DNA from: Myxococcota bacterium
GTDB taxonomy: Bacteria; Myxococcota_A; Polyangia; Nannocystales; Nannocystaceae
NCBI GenBank assembly: GCA_039028615.1
Contig: JBCCHT010000012.1
Coordinates: forward strand, 1-64,000
Length of the DNA stretch: 64,000 nt
Reading direction: 5' to 3'
A program made the position numbers and the translations under genes. Shown piece after piece: positions 1 through 9,153 of the stretch (position 1 is the first letter of the stretch; each line of letters begins with the position of its first letter). The notes below the pieces were generated by a model, which was not told the DNA's origin, ran no database searches, and saw only the letters and a program-made list of their open reading frames with translations.

Positions 1-72
1 CCCCCCCCCCCCCCCCCCCCCCTACACCCTGGGGGGGCCGGGGGGCCGCGCCCCCCCCTCCGGGGGCCCCCC
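1..72. repeat. Low-complexity poly-C/poly-G tract at window start
   Basis: 22 consecutive C followed by several G and C runs of 5-7 nt; possibly a contig-end artefact. Confidence 0.7.
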
Positions 73-79
73 ACGAGGC

Positions 80-604
80 TCAGCCGGGTGGCTGCGCGGG
101 CATGTAGCCCGCCTTGATGATCTCGTCGATCACCTCGCGAGCGACCCGCTCGCCGTAGGCCTGCCCGATCTTCTGCGACTTGCTGGTGATCGACGGCAAC
201 GAGGCGGTGAAGCGCCGGCCGTTGGACGACTCGTAGAACGCCACCAAGGCCGCGATGTCCTCGTGGCTGAGCTCTTCCACGTAGATGTCGGCGATCTGGT
301 TCTTCAGCTCGTTCATGTCGAAGCGCACACGGACCTTGTCCCAGAACTCGGGTGGCACACCAGTGATCGACCGCTGCAGCGTATCGAAGAGCGGGTCCAT
401 CACCTGCTTCGCGACCTCGGCCGCCCCCGTCAGCTCGAGCAAGTGCAGCGCGTCCTGTCGCTTCGTGGCCGGATCGAGCTGGGTGGGCACCGTGACCAGG
501 CACGGAGCCGTGGTCGCGGTTTGGCCCTTCTTGGTGCACCCCCCGGGCACGACCAACAACAACGGAACCACCAGTCGGGACAACCAAGGCAGCGCAGCAT
601 TCAT
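80..604 (-). CDS. DUF2059-like putative lipoprotein
   Basis: Hydrophobic N-terminus ending in PGGC; motif IY.EELSHEDIAALVAFYESSNGRRF typical of DUF2059. Confidence 0.75.
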   Translation of the reverse strand: MNAALPWLSRLVVPLLLVVPGGCTKKGQTATTAPCLVTVPTQLDPATKRQDALHLLELTGAAEVAKQVMDPLFDTLQRSITGVPPEFWDKVRVRFDMNELKNQIADIYVEELSHEDIAALVAFYESSNGRRFTASLPSITSKSQKIGQAYGERVAREVIDEIIKAGYMPAQPPG

Positions 605-622
605 CGGCCGGCGACTATAGCC

Positions 623-1768
623 TCAGCGTCCCAGCGGCTCCAGCAAGCCCGCGTCCAGCATGCGGCCCGAGGTGAAGCGCGTGCGCAAGCGGGCAATGGC
701 CGCTCGCGGCAAGGCCAGCCCCGCGGCTTCGGCTGCTTCGCGAACCAGCCGTCGCTCGCCGCCTTCGATCTTGCCGTCGAGCACCGCCGCGACGGCGAGC
801 GCTCGCAGGGCCAGTCGTCGGTCTTCGATCGGGGCCGAGGCCAGGTCGCGCAAGAACACGTCGGTGTCGTCCAGGTCGGCCTTCGGAGGCGGCCCGATCT
901 CCTCGCGCAGCGCGTCCATGAGCGCCGCCACGTTGGGGTGCAGCTCGTGGGTCCGCACCACCGTGGCCGCCACCGCTCGCCAGATCAGATCGGTCTGAGC
1001 GTTGCCTTCTTCGCAATGCGGCAGCTCCAGCAACGCCGTGAAACGCCGCGCCGCCGAGGGCCCGATCGCCCGCAGCCGCGCCTGACGGATCACGATGAGC
1101 GCCACCCACCCGTTCCAGAACGCGGTGACCGGCACACTGACGAACACCAGCCACATCCGCAGCGCGGCCCGACCCGCCGCGCGTCGCAGCACGAGCTTGA
1201 TGAGGAAGCTGGTCAGCCCGATCTTGGCCTTGTAGAGCAGCCCGATGGCCACCGCCCGCCAGCGGGTGACTTCGCGGAGCGGATCGATGGCGTAGCCGTC
1301 CGGCGGAGGGTTGGGCAGCTCGAGCGCCGCGCGGACCAACGCCGCTGCCATGGGGGAGCGCGGCGTTGGGTCGGTGGCGCCGACGAACAACGGCGTGCCC
1401 GTGACCCGGGCGATCGACTGCACCGCATGCAAGCCGGCCAGGTACAACAGCACCACCTCGAGGATCGCAGTGAGCCCGATGACGGGGCCGAGAAACGCCC
1501 AGTACGACGCGAGCCCGAAGATGCCCGAGTCGGGATCGGGCGCGAGGTTGGCATCGGCCCACTGCTCGGCCAGGCCCCCGAGCAGTCCCGAGGCGGCACC
1601 GAGCAGCGCCGACTCGATCACCAAGGTCCACTGGATCTTCAGCAGGGCCCGTTGTTCCGCTTCGTCGAGGCGGTGGGCATCGACCTGCACCTCGCTTGCA
1701 CCCAGGCGCGCCTGTCGGCGCATCATGTAGCGCATCCCCACGCGTTGCAGCACCGGGGTCTCGGACAC
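623..1768 (-). CDS. Membrane protein with C-terminal TerB-like segment (LBF_2804-like hypothetical)
   Basis: Several TM helices; C-terminal AVLDGKIEGGERRLV resembles the TerB DG...E motif. Confidence 0.5.
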   Translation of the reverse strand: MSETPVLQRVGMRYMMRRQARLGASEVQVDAHRLDEAEQRALLKIQWTLVIESALLGAASGLLGGLAEQWADANLAPDPDSGIFGLASYWAFLGPVIGLTAILEVVLLYLAGLHAVQSIARVTGTPLFVGATDPTPRSPMAAALVRAALELPNPPPDGYAIDPLREVTRWRAVAIGLLYKAKIGLTSFLIKLVLRRAAGRAALRMWLVFVSVPVTAFWNGWVALIVIRQARLRAIGPSAARRFTALLELPHCEEGNAQTDLIWRAVAATVVRTHELHPNVAALMDALREEIGPPPKADLDDTDVFLRDLASAPIEDRRLALRALAVAAVLDGKIEGGERRLVREAAEAAGLALPRAAIARLRTRFTSGRMLDAGLLEPLGR

Positions 1769-1839
1769 GATGCGCAGTATACCGGAAGCCGCGCCAACGA
1801 CGCCCTTGCCAGACCTCCGACGCGCCTTAGGTTGGCGGC

Positions 1840-2394
1840 GTGAGTAGCTCTGCCGCCGTTTGGTCCTCGGCTCCGGTCCCCGTCGAGTCCCCGTCCGATG
1901 CCGTCGCCGAGGCCGAGGCCATGGCCGAGCAACACCTCGCGCGCGAAGAAGAAGTCCGCCGCGTGGGTCAGCTGGTGCGCTTCCTCGACGACGCGGTGCG
2001 AGTCCCCGGCACGCGCTTCGGCATCGGCCTCGATGCCTTGCTCGGGTTCTTCCTCCCCGTGGTCGGCGATGCGATTACCGGCGTCGCCGCGCTGTCCGTG
2101 CTGGGCACCGCGATGCGTCGTGGCGTGCCACGGGTCGTGCTCGCCCGCATGCTGCTCAACATCGTCATCGATGTCGTGTTCGGGATGATCCCCGTGGTCG
2201 GCGATGCCTTCGACCTGCTGTGGCGCTCCAACACGCGCAACCTCGCCCTCCTCGAGCGCCACCAGGGCGAGCTGGAGCCCAAGGCCCGGGCGGGTGACTA
2301 CGCCATCGTGGCCACCGCCGTGGGTGTCGTGGGGCTCAGCATCGCGGCGCCGTTCATGCTCGCCTGGTGGATGTTCGCCCTCCTGTTGGGCTGA
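1840..2394 (+). CDS. DUF4112 domain membrane protein
   Basis: LDDAVRVPGTRFGIGLDALLGFFLPVVGD and G.IPVVGDAFD.LWRSN.RN motifs; start may be the ATG at 1921. Confidence 0.85.
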   Translation: MSSSAAVWSSAPVPVESPSDAVAEAEAMAEQHLAREEEVRRVGQLVRFLDDAVRVPGTRFGIGLDALLGFFLPVVGDAITGVAALSVLGTAMRRGVPRVVLARMLLNIVIDVVFGMIPVVGDAFDLLWRSNTRNLALLERHQGELEPKARAGDYAIVATAVGVVGLSIAAPFMLAWWMFALLLG

Positions 2395-2458
2395 CCCACG
2401 GCCGTCGCTGCGGCAGGCCCACAACCGAACGGAAAGACGGTCACAATGACCGCGAAAG

Positions 2459-3088
2459 TTGCTGCACACTCTAGTGATCCATGTCACTCTTGGGGGCGTG
2501 GGACTTCAGGTCTTCGCAGCGGTGGTCGCACTCGCTCTGGGGGTCACGGTCGGACCGGTTTTCGGCGACGCGAGCCTTCCAGTCGAGGCTGAGAGCAACA
2601 CCAAGAGCCCGGTTGCAGTCGCAGCCGATGGCGAAGCGGCGCCCTCGTTCGAGGGCGACTTCCGCTTCTCCGGCGGCAAGAAACAACGCCAAGGCGTCGT
2701 GGATGCCATCGAGCGTGCGGTGCAAGCCCTGCTTCCCGTCTTCCACGACCTCGCACGCGAGCGGCTGGGCAAGGCCAACCGGGTCCCCAATCGCATCGTG
2801 ATGGAGCGCGAGGGTAACGACATCATCGTCAAATACGGCGATCTCGCGCCGATGCGCGCCCCCGTCGACGGCAGCCCCGCCACGTGGCGCAACCGCGAGG
2901 GCACCAAGTGCAAGCTGACCCACGAACTGCGGGGCAATCGACTGGTGCAAACCAGCTGGAGCGCCAGCGGCCGTCGGGTGATGGTGTGGACCCTCAGCGA
3001 GGACGGCAGCAAGCTGAAGGTGCACAGCACCATGTCCTCGATGCACTTGCCGGTCGACATCGACTACCGGTTGACCTTCCGCAAGTAG
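2459..3088 (+). CDS. Hypothetical secreted protein
   Basis: Signal-like hydrophobic N-terminus, high-GC3 codon usage, beta-rich C-terminus; start uncertain. Confidence 0.6.
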   Translation: MLHTLVIHVTLGGVGLQVFAAVVALALGVTVGPVFGDASLPVEAESNTKSPVAVAADGEAAPSFEGDFRFSGGKKQRQGVVDAIERAVQALLPVFHDLARERLGKANRVPNRIVMEREGNDIIVKYGDLAPMRAPVDGSPATWRNREGTKCKLTHELRGNRLVQTSWSASGRRVMVWTLSEDGSKLKVHSTMSSMHLPVDIDYRLTFRK

Positions 3089-3161
3089 AGAATCCGGGCA
3101 AGTCGGCGCCCGCGTGAGCTGCCGCCTGCAATTGAAGCGCTTCGGTCGCTATGGTGGATTC

Positions 3162-3833
3162 GTGACTCTGAGCCACCGTCGGACCTTGGCTGCTGCTTCG
3201 CTGGCGTTCGCGTGGGCGTGCCAGACCCAGCCGGAGCCCGGCACGGGAGACGACGGCAGCTCGGGTGCCGCGAACGAATCCGCGCCGACCCCTGCGGCCA
3301 CCACCGACGACGACGCATCGACCTCGGGCGCCGCGGCGACCACCGATGCCGCGGGCGACACCTCGGGCACCACGGAGATCGGCACCGCAACCTTCGCCGT
3401 GGACGAAGGCGTGCTTCCCCCGGAGTACTGTCCAGAAGGTGCCGAGGTCTCGCTCGAAGTCGGTCTCGGCGACGTGGACTTCCGCCCGATCGACTCGGGT
3501 CCCGCTCAGCTCATCCAGGGGCACCAAGGTGGCTACCACGTGGTCCTGGGCCTCCGCGGCACGGGGTTCGACCTGGCCGACTGGGGCGAAGGCCACCTCT
3601 ACGCCACGGTGGGCGGCGAGGTCGTGGCCGACTACGACACCATCGTGGTCATGAACTGTAGCGACGCGGGTGACTACTCCGAGGCGCTGTGGCTGAACCT
3701 CATCTTCGAGACCAATGCCCCCGCGCTGCTCGGACAGGTGGCCTCGGTGCAGGCTCAGTTCACGGACATCTCCGGGCAAGTGGCCTCGGTCGAAGCGGAG
3801 ATCACCATCTCCGAGACCGTCGTCCATCAGTAG
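3162..3833 (+). CDS. Putative lipoprotein
   Basis: Lipobox-like FAWAC, Thr/Asp/Ser-rich linker, G.QGGYHV motif common in myxobacterial lipoproteins. Confidence 0.65.
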   Translation: MTLSHRRTLAAASLAFAWACQTQPEPGTGDDGSSGAANESAPTPAATTDDDASTSGAAATTDAAGDTSGTTEIGTATFAVDEGVLPPEYCPEGAEVSLEVGLGDVDFRPIDSGPAQLIQGHQGGYHVVLGLRGTGFDLADWGEGHLYATVGGEVVADYDTIVVMNCSDAGDYSEALWLNLIFETNAPALLGQVASVQAQFTDISGQVASVEAEITISETVVHQ

Positions 3834-3936
3834 CTCGTGCCCCGTTGGGGGCAATTGAAGCGGTCTGAAAGCTGTTTGTCGTCGGCGGCTCGACGTCTCG
3901 GGGCGCGGCTGCCACCATCGGCCGACAAGGTCCCCC

Positions 3937-5091
3937 ATGACGCTCCTGCGCACCAGCTCTCTCGTTTGTCTCGGCCTGCTCGCGCTGGCCTGCGGTCCCA
4001 AGCAGCCCCCGACTCCGCCCGCGCCTCCGCCCGAGCCCGTCGAAGAGCCGGAGCCCGTCGACCCGATCCCCGCGGAGTTCGGCGCCCTGACCCCACACTT
4101 GCTGGTCAACGACGTCGCCGCGGCAGCCGAGTTCTACGGCAACGCGCTGGGAGCCGAGACCGTCTACACCCTGCCCGCGCCCGATGGCTCGACGGTCATG
4201 CACGCCGAGCTCAAGGTGGGGGACAGCACGCTGATGCTCGCGCCCGCCAGCGAAGAGGCCAAGGACCCCATGATGCTCGGCGGCTCGCCGGTTCGCATGA
4301 TGCTCTACGTCGAGAACGCGGACGCGGCCTTCGAGGCGGCCATCGCCGCGGGAGCCATCGCCGAGATGCCCGTGGCCGATCAGTTCTGGGGCGATCGCTA
4401 CGGTGCATTCATCGATCCCTTCGGGCACTCGTGGGCCGTGTCCACGCATGTCGAGGACCTGACCCCGGAGCAGATGCAGCAGCGGGCCGAGATCGCCAAC
4501 TCGAAGAAGAAGCGCCGCCGCAAGAAGAAGGGCAAGCCCGCCTGGGCCGCGGTGGAGGGCACGCCCGCCACGCAGAAAGTCCCGGAGGACTACCACACCA
4601 TCACGATGTCGCTGACCGTCAACGGCGCCTCGGATGCGATCGATTTTTACACCAACGCCTTCGGTGCGACCGAGCGGGCGCGCATGCCCATGCCGGACGG
4701 ACGCCTGATGCACGCCGAGGTCCAGATCGGCGACGCCGTCTTGATGCTCGCCGACGAGTTCCCCGAGATGGGCGCCGTGTCGGCGCAGACCCTGGGCGGC
4801 AGCCCGGTCACCCTCCATCACTACGTCCAGGACGCGGATGCGACCCACGCCAAGGCGGTCGAGTCGGGTGCCAGCCAGGTCACCGCGGTGGAGCAGCAGT
4901 TCTGGGGCGATCGCTACGGCTCGCTCACCGACCCTGCGGGCATTCCCTGGGGCGTCGCCACGCAGGTCGAGAACGTTACGCCCGAGCAGATGCTCGAGCG
5001 CATCCAGGCGATGGGCCAGCCGGCAGAGGGCGGCGCCGAGACGCCGGCCGAGGGTGAGGCCGAAGCGCCCGCCGAAGCCAGCGCGCCCTAA
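3937..5091 (+). CDS. Lipoprotein with two tandem VOC/glyoxalase (PhnB-like) domains
   Basis: Lipobox LALAC; two copies of MHAE...GD..LMLA and QFWGDRYG...DP.G..W. Confidence 0.85.
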   Translation: MTLLRTSSLVCLGLLALACGPKQPPTPPAPPPEPVEEPEPVDPIPAEFGALTPHLLVNDVAAAAEFYGNALGAETVYTLPAPDGSTVMHAELKVGDSTLMLAPASEEAKDPMMLGGSPVRMMLYVENADAAFEAAIAAGAIAEMPVADQFWGDRYGAFIDPFGHSWAVSTHVEDLTPEQMQQRAEIANSKKKRRRKKKGKPAWAAVEGTPATQKVPEDYHTITMSLTVNGASDAIDFYTNAFGATERARMPMPDGRLMHAEVQIGDAVLMLADEFPEMGAVSAQTLGGSPVTLHHYVQDADATHAKAVESGASQVTAVEQQFWGDRYGSLTDPAGIPWGVATQVENVTPEQMLERIQAMGQPAEGGAETPAEGEAEAPAEASAP

Positions 5092-5229
5092 ATAGGGCCC
5101 TCGCGAGCGAGCACGACGGACCCGTTGTGGGCTCGCCCGCGAAGGCGCGGAGGCGCGGAGGCCCGCCATAGCGCGAGCCCCCACCATATCGAGACCGATC
5201 GCGGGCAGACGCGATCGGTCTCGTTCGTC

Positions 5230-7692
5230 TCACATATCGTCGGGACAGGGATCGTCGATCAGGAACGTCATCTCGGACAGCGCCTGGACCTCCGGCGTGT
5301 CGCCCAGGATGAGCGGCATGCCGCACGCATCGTGGAAGGCCGCCGCGTAGGCCTCGGGGTCGCTCATCTGTCCGATGTCGTCGAGGCCGGGGATGACCAC
5401 CGCGTAGGTCGTGCCCGGAACCATGACCGTGCCGTACTGCGCGTGCGAGATCGAGACGTCGAGTTCACCGATGAGGCGGTTGCCGACGTCGACCTGCAGG
5501 CAGGGAATGGCCCCTGCGGCGACCTCCTCGGGCGTCGCGTCGGGATCGCAGTCGAGGCCGCCCGCCACCAGGGGCCCATCGGCGCTACCTTCGTGCAGCT
5601 CGATCTTGCCGAGGTTGCGCGGCCCCTGGTCGTAGTAGGCGGAAAACTGCATCGCGACGTCGGTACACGCGTGAATGCGCAGGTTGTCGGTGGGGAATAG
5701 CGAGTTCGGCACGATGCGGAACTGCGAGGTCTCGAACACGAGCTCGGACCGACCGTCGAGGGTGCCGCCTTCTTCGGAGGTGATGAACTCGGCGTCCTCC
5801 GAGTCGGCGAAGATCATCCGATAGGTCGAGCCGGAGCACAGCGCGAGGTCGTGGTCCTCGTATAGCTCGGGCAGGAAGTCCTCGTTGGCGATCCAGCCGT
5901 CGTTGGGATCGCGGTCACCGACCAGGCCCCGCCCCTCGGCACAGGCCTCGATGTCGTTGCGTCGCATGTTGCCGATGTCTGCGATGTTCAGGCGCATGGC
6001 GGAGTGGTCCTCCTCCCAGCGCAAGCCACCCACGCCGCTGACGAAGGGCACCGCATACCCGCCCTCGGGGGATGCCCGCCCGGGATCGCTGGCGGAACCG
6101 AGGGGGGCCTCGCACCAGGCTTCGAGCGCTTCGTCGCACAGGTCGGGCTGGCCTTCCTCGCACGCGCAGGAGCTCTCGGCCGGGAGCAGGACGTCGCGAT
6201 CGTAGCGAGCAATGGGGCTCACCCCCGGCTGCTCGAGCGGGTCGCAGCCCGGGGCACCGCCCAGCCCGGCGTCGCAGCACTGCGCGGGATCGAGTTCGTC
6301 GAAAAAGCCGGGGTCGCACTCAGCGAGGCGGTCCCCCGCATCGCCGGCCCCGAACGCGGCATCGGCCACGAAGCAGCCCCCCGCGGCCCGGGCATCGAAG
6401 CGACGATCGACGCAGTAGGAGTCGCCGTTGCCGATCGTCTCGCAGGTCGCGAACCACTCCGCCCGACACACCCGGTTCTCGCAGTTCTGATTGCTCGCGC
6501 ACGCCTCGCCCTGGGCGTTGACGCCGATACAGGTCTGACCGTCGGCGCAATGGGACTCGCTGCCACAAGGCTCTCCCAGCCGCTCGACCGCGGCCGGACG
6601 CTCGTCGGGATGCGTCTCGCGGATCTTGTCGTACCAGGGCACATCCCAGGTCTCCGAGCCTCCGTCCCACGCATACGTATAGAGGGTGTCCTCGGAGTGA
6701 CGATCGACCTGCAGCTGCAGGCCCGCACACTCGATGAGGGAGTCGCCCGCGGGGTCGCACGCCATGGCCGTGCCGTCGCGAACGGTGCGGGGGGTACCGC
6801 TGTCGTCGACGCCGTAGCGCATGACGGCGGTGCTGAGCAGGAAGTCACAGGACGAGCAGCACGTATCGGCGCCGCCCTCGGGGGTGTTGCACGACTGGCC
6901 CGTCGTCGACCGTAGCCGCCCCGGCCGGGGGTCGAAGACCATCGAGGGGGCCATGCGCAGCGGTCGGAGGGTTCCGCCGTCGTCCCAGGTGCCTTGGCAC
7001 AGCTCCTCGAGCTCGTCTTCGGAATAGTTGATGCCCTGCGCGGTCAGGCGCTCGGCACAGGTCTCGTTGATCAACCGGGTGATGAGGTCCGGGTTTTCGG
7101 TGACGCCCTTGTGGAAGTCACCGCGATAGGCAGTTCCCGGTCCTTCGAGGCGGACCGCCCCCGTGTGCCATAGATAAGGCTCCTCGAGGCTCGGGTTGTC
7201 GGGGCGGGGGCGAGTCCGCTCGAAGGACTGCACGTCCACGGGGGTCTCGAAGCCGACGAACGTGGCGAAGGCCATCCTCGCGCCGAAGCGGCAATACTCC
7301 TCGGCGCCCACGGGGGACTCCATCGCCCCCTCCGTCTCGGGGCACGAGACGGCCGGGCCATCCGCATCGGGCAGCGGCGAGACCGTCTCGGGGCATCGGT
7401 CTCCCACGCAAATATCGGATCCGAACAGATGGATGAGTTCCCCCGTGAAGCCCGGGGCCGTGATCATGGAGACCGCGAAATCGGGGTCGCAGATGCCATC
7501 GCAGTTGTTGGCGGTATCCGTGCCATCGGCCGTGCCGTCGGCCGACGTGGCACCATCGGTGTCCGTCTCACCTCCGGTCCCGGTCGCGGTCACGTCACCG
7601 ATGACGCCTGGACCCACGCCACACGCGGGGAGCAACAATAGGGCGCCCGCGAGGCCACGGGCAGGAAGAGTCATGATGGGGCGAACGTGCAT
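5230..7692 (-). CDS. Large Cys-rich acidic lipoprotein (about 820 aa)
   Basis: Lipobox LLPAC, Thr/Asp linker, dozens of Cys; the track ORF 5230-8448 is over-extended at the 5' end. Confidence 0.75.
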   Translation of the reverse strand: MHVRPIMTLPARGLAGALLLLPACGVGPGVIGDVTATGTGGETDTDGATSADGTADGTDTANNCDGICDPDFAVSMITAPGFTGELIHLFGSDICVGDRCPETVSPLPDADGPAVSCPETEGAMESPVGAEEYCRFGARMAFATFVGFETPVDVQSFERTRPRPDNPSLEEPYLWHTGAVRLEGPGTAYRGDFHKGVTENPDLITRLINETCAERLTAQGINYSEDELEELCQGTWDDGGTLRPLRMAPSMVFDPRPGRLRSTTGQSCNTPEGGADTCCSSCDFLLSTAVMRYGVDDSGTPRTVRDGTAMACDPAGDSLIECAGLQLQVDRHSEDTLYTYAWDGGSETWDVPWYDKIRETHPDERPAAVERLGEPCGSESHCADGQTCIGVNAQGEACASNQNCENRVCRAEWFATCETIGNGDSYCVDRRFDARAAGGCFVADAAFGAGDAGDRLAECDPGFFDELDPAQCCDAGLGGAPGCDPLEQPGVSPIARYDRDVLLPAESSCACEEGQPDLCDEALEAWCEAPLGSASDPGRASPEGGYAVPFVSGVGGLRWEEDHSAMRLNIADIGNMRRNDIEACAEGRGLVGDRDPNDGWIANEDFLPELYEDHDLALCSGSTYRMIFADSEDAEFITSEEGGTLDGRSELVFETSQFRIVPNSLFPTDNLRIHACTDVAMQFSAYYDQGPRNLGKIELHEGSADGPLVAGGLDCDPDATPEEVAAGAIPCLQVDVGNRLIGELDVSISHAQYGTVMVPGTTYAVVIPGLDDIGQMSDPEAYAAAFHDACGMPLILGDTPEVQALSEMTFLIDDPCPDDM

Positions 7693-7757
7693 GGTGTCTA
7701 CCCCTCGCCTTTCCCGGCTTCGACCCAACCCGTGATCGCGATGGGATGAATCGTTCG

Positions 7758-8534
7758 TCACTTCGACGAACAAGCCGCTCGCACGCGCCCCGCGTGCGCG
7801 GAGGCGGGAAAGGCCCGCAAGAACAGCCGAGCTTCCGCCCGCGCCTGCGGCCCCTTGCCCGCGGCACACAGCGCTTCGATGCGAAGCACCAGCCGATCCT
7901 CGCGCATCTGGCCCTTGGGGAAGGCACGCGCGTGGGCGTCGAGGACCTCGAGGGCGCGGGTCGGGCGTTGGTCCCGAAGCGCGCGACGGGCTTTTTGTAC
8001 GAGGATGAGCTCGGCTTGAAGCTCGTCGAAGGCCGGGTCGGCGGCGGGCTCGGGGGAGTCTTGGGCGGTCGATGCCGCGGGGGCGGGCCGTGGCCGGGAG
8101 GAGGGCTTGGACTCGACGGGCTGCGCGGGCGCAACGGTAGGGGGAGGCACCAGCTCCGCTCGATCGGCCGCCACGGCTTCGACGGCCGGGCTCGTGCTCG
8201 GCTTCGGGCTCGCGGCGCCGACCACCTCGCGGGGCGTCTGGGCGGGCGCAGAGTGAGGGGCCTGAGAAGGATTGCGGGGCGTGACCGGCTCGCTGCGCCA
8301 GGGGTTGAGCGCCAGCACCACGGCCGCGGCCGCAATGACCAACGCGCCCGCGCCCACCATCAGCCACGGCGAGCTCGAGATCGTGGGGCTCGACTCCACC
8401 GAGGGCTGAGGCGCCCCCGCGTCGAGCGAGCCTTCGATCCGCGCCCACACCTCGTCGCGCTGCTCGGGCGCATACCCCTGCGCTTCGCGATAGGTGCGGA
8501 GCATGGCGCGGGCCTGGGGACTACGACGGGCCAT
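7758..8534 (-). CDS. Putative anti-sigma factor (single TM, Pro-rich linker, TPR-like C-terminus)
   Basis: Overlaps the stop of the ECF sigma gene; EL.LV..AR.AL...AL..LD.H...FP.G...E.R motif typical of myxobacterial anti-sigma factors. Confidence 0.7.
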   Translation of the reverse strand: MARRSPQARAMLRTYREAQGYAPEQRDEVWARIEGSLDAGAPQPSVESSPTISSSPWLMVGAGALVIAAAAVVLALNPWRSEPVTPRNPSQAPHSAPAQTPREVVGAASPKPSTSPAVEAVAADRAELVPPPTVAPAQPVESKPSSRPRPAPAASTAQDSPEPAADPAFDELQAELILVQKARRALRDQRPTRALEVLDAHARAFPKGQMREDRLVLRIEALCAAGKGPQARAEARLFLRAFPASAHAGRVRAACSSK

Positions 8535-9153
8535 GAGCGGAACTCCCCTCGCGATCGAGTGCCTCGAGATACTGCGCAAAGGCCTTTCGGGCGGCGCGCA
8601 GGCGGGCGTAGACGGTGTTGACGTTGGTGCCCAGCGAGCGCGCGACCTCGGCCCCGGGCATGCCTTCGATGTCGGCGAGGGCAAAGACGATGCGTTGCTT
8701 GGCGGGGAGCCCTTCGAGGAAGGCGTCGATGTGGGCGACGACGCGGCTGCGGGCCAGCTCTTCGTCGGGGCGGCCGTGGGCCGAGGGCGAGGGCACCACC
8801 CGCAGGCGTCGCTGGTGGCGAGCCGAGGATCGGCGGTGGTGCAGCACCACCCGTCGCGTGATCCCGAACAGCCAGCTGCGGAGCGTGCCTCGGGCCCCGT
8901 CGAAGTCGGGGAGGCGGCGGTGAGCAATGATGAACACGTCGTGCACCACGTCGTCGAGGTGGCGTTCGGGCACGCCCAGGTGCCGAGCGCTTCGCAGCAC
9001 GAAGTCGGCGTGGGCGCGATAGACCTCCGCCAGCTCGCGCCGCCAAGGGTCGGGCGAGGCGGCTGCGCGAGAGGATCCCGAGCGGCGATGGTCGGCCACC
9101 GCTCCCTCTTTCCCGGCTCGGCGCCAATCCGTGATCCGCCGCCACGCATTCAT
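8521..9153 (-). CDS. ECF RNA polymerase sigma-70 factor
   Basis: Region 2 DDVVHDVF...LRSWLFGI and region 4 EVARSLGTNVNTVYARLRAAR; ATGA overlap with the upstream gene. Confidence 0.9.
   Translation of the reverse strand: MNAWRRITDWRRAGKEGAVADHRRSGSSRAAASPDPWRRELAEVYRAHADFVLRSARHLGVPERHLDDVVHDVFIIAHRRLPDFDGARGTLRSWLFGITRRVVLHHRRSSARHQRRLRVVPSPSAHGRPDEELARSRVVAHIDAFLEGLPAKQRIVFALADIEGMPGAEVARSLGTNVNTVYARLRAARKAFAQYLEALDREGSSAHGPS

Noticed and set aside
1..72. G-quadruplex or telomere-like element
   Set aside because: A long homopolymer at the very edge is more simply explained as a low-quality contig end; it cannot be judged without reads
7693..8448. N-terminal extension of the 1072-aa ORF (similar extensions on the selD, LysR, MscS and M28 ORFs)
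   Set aside because: These extensions overlap real neighbouring genes in other frames; starts were reassigned to downstream codons
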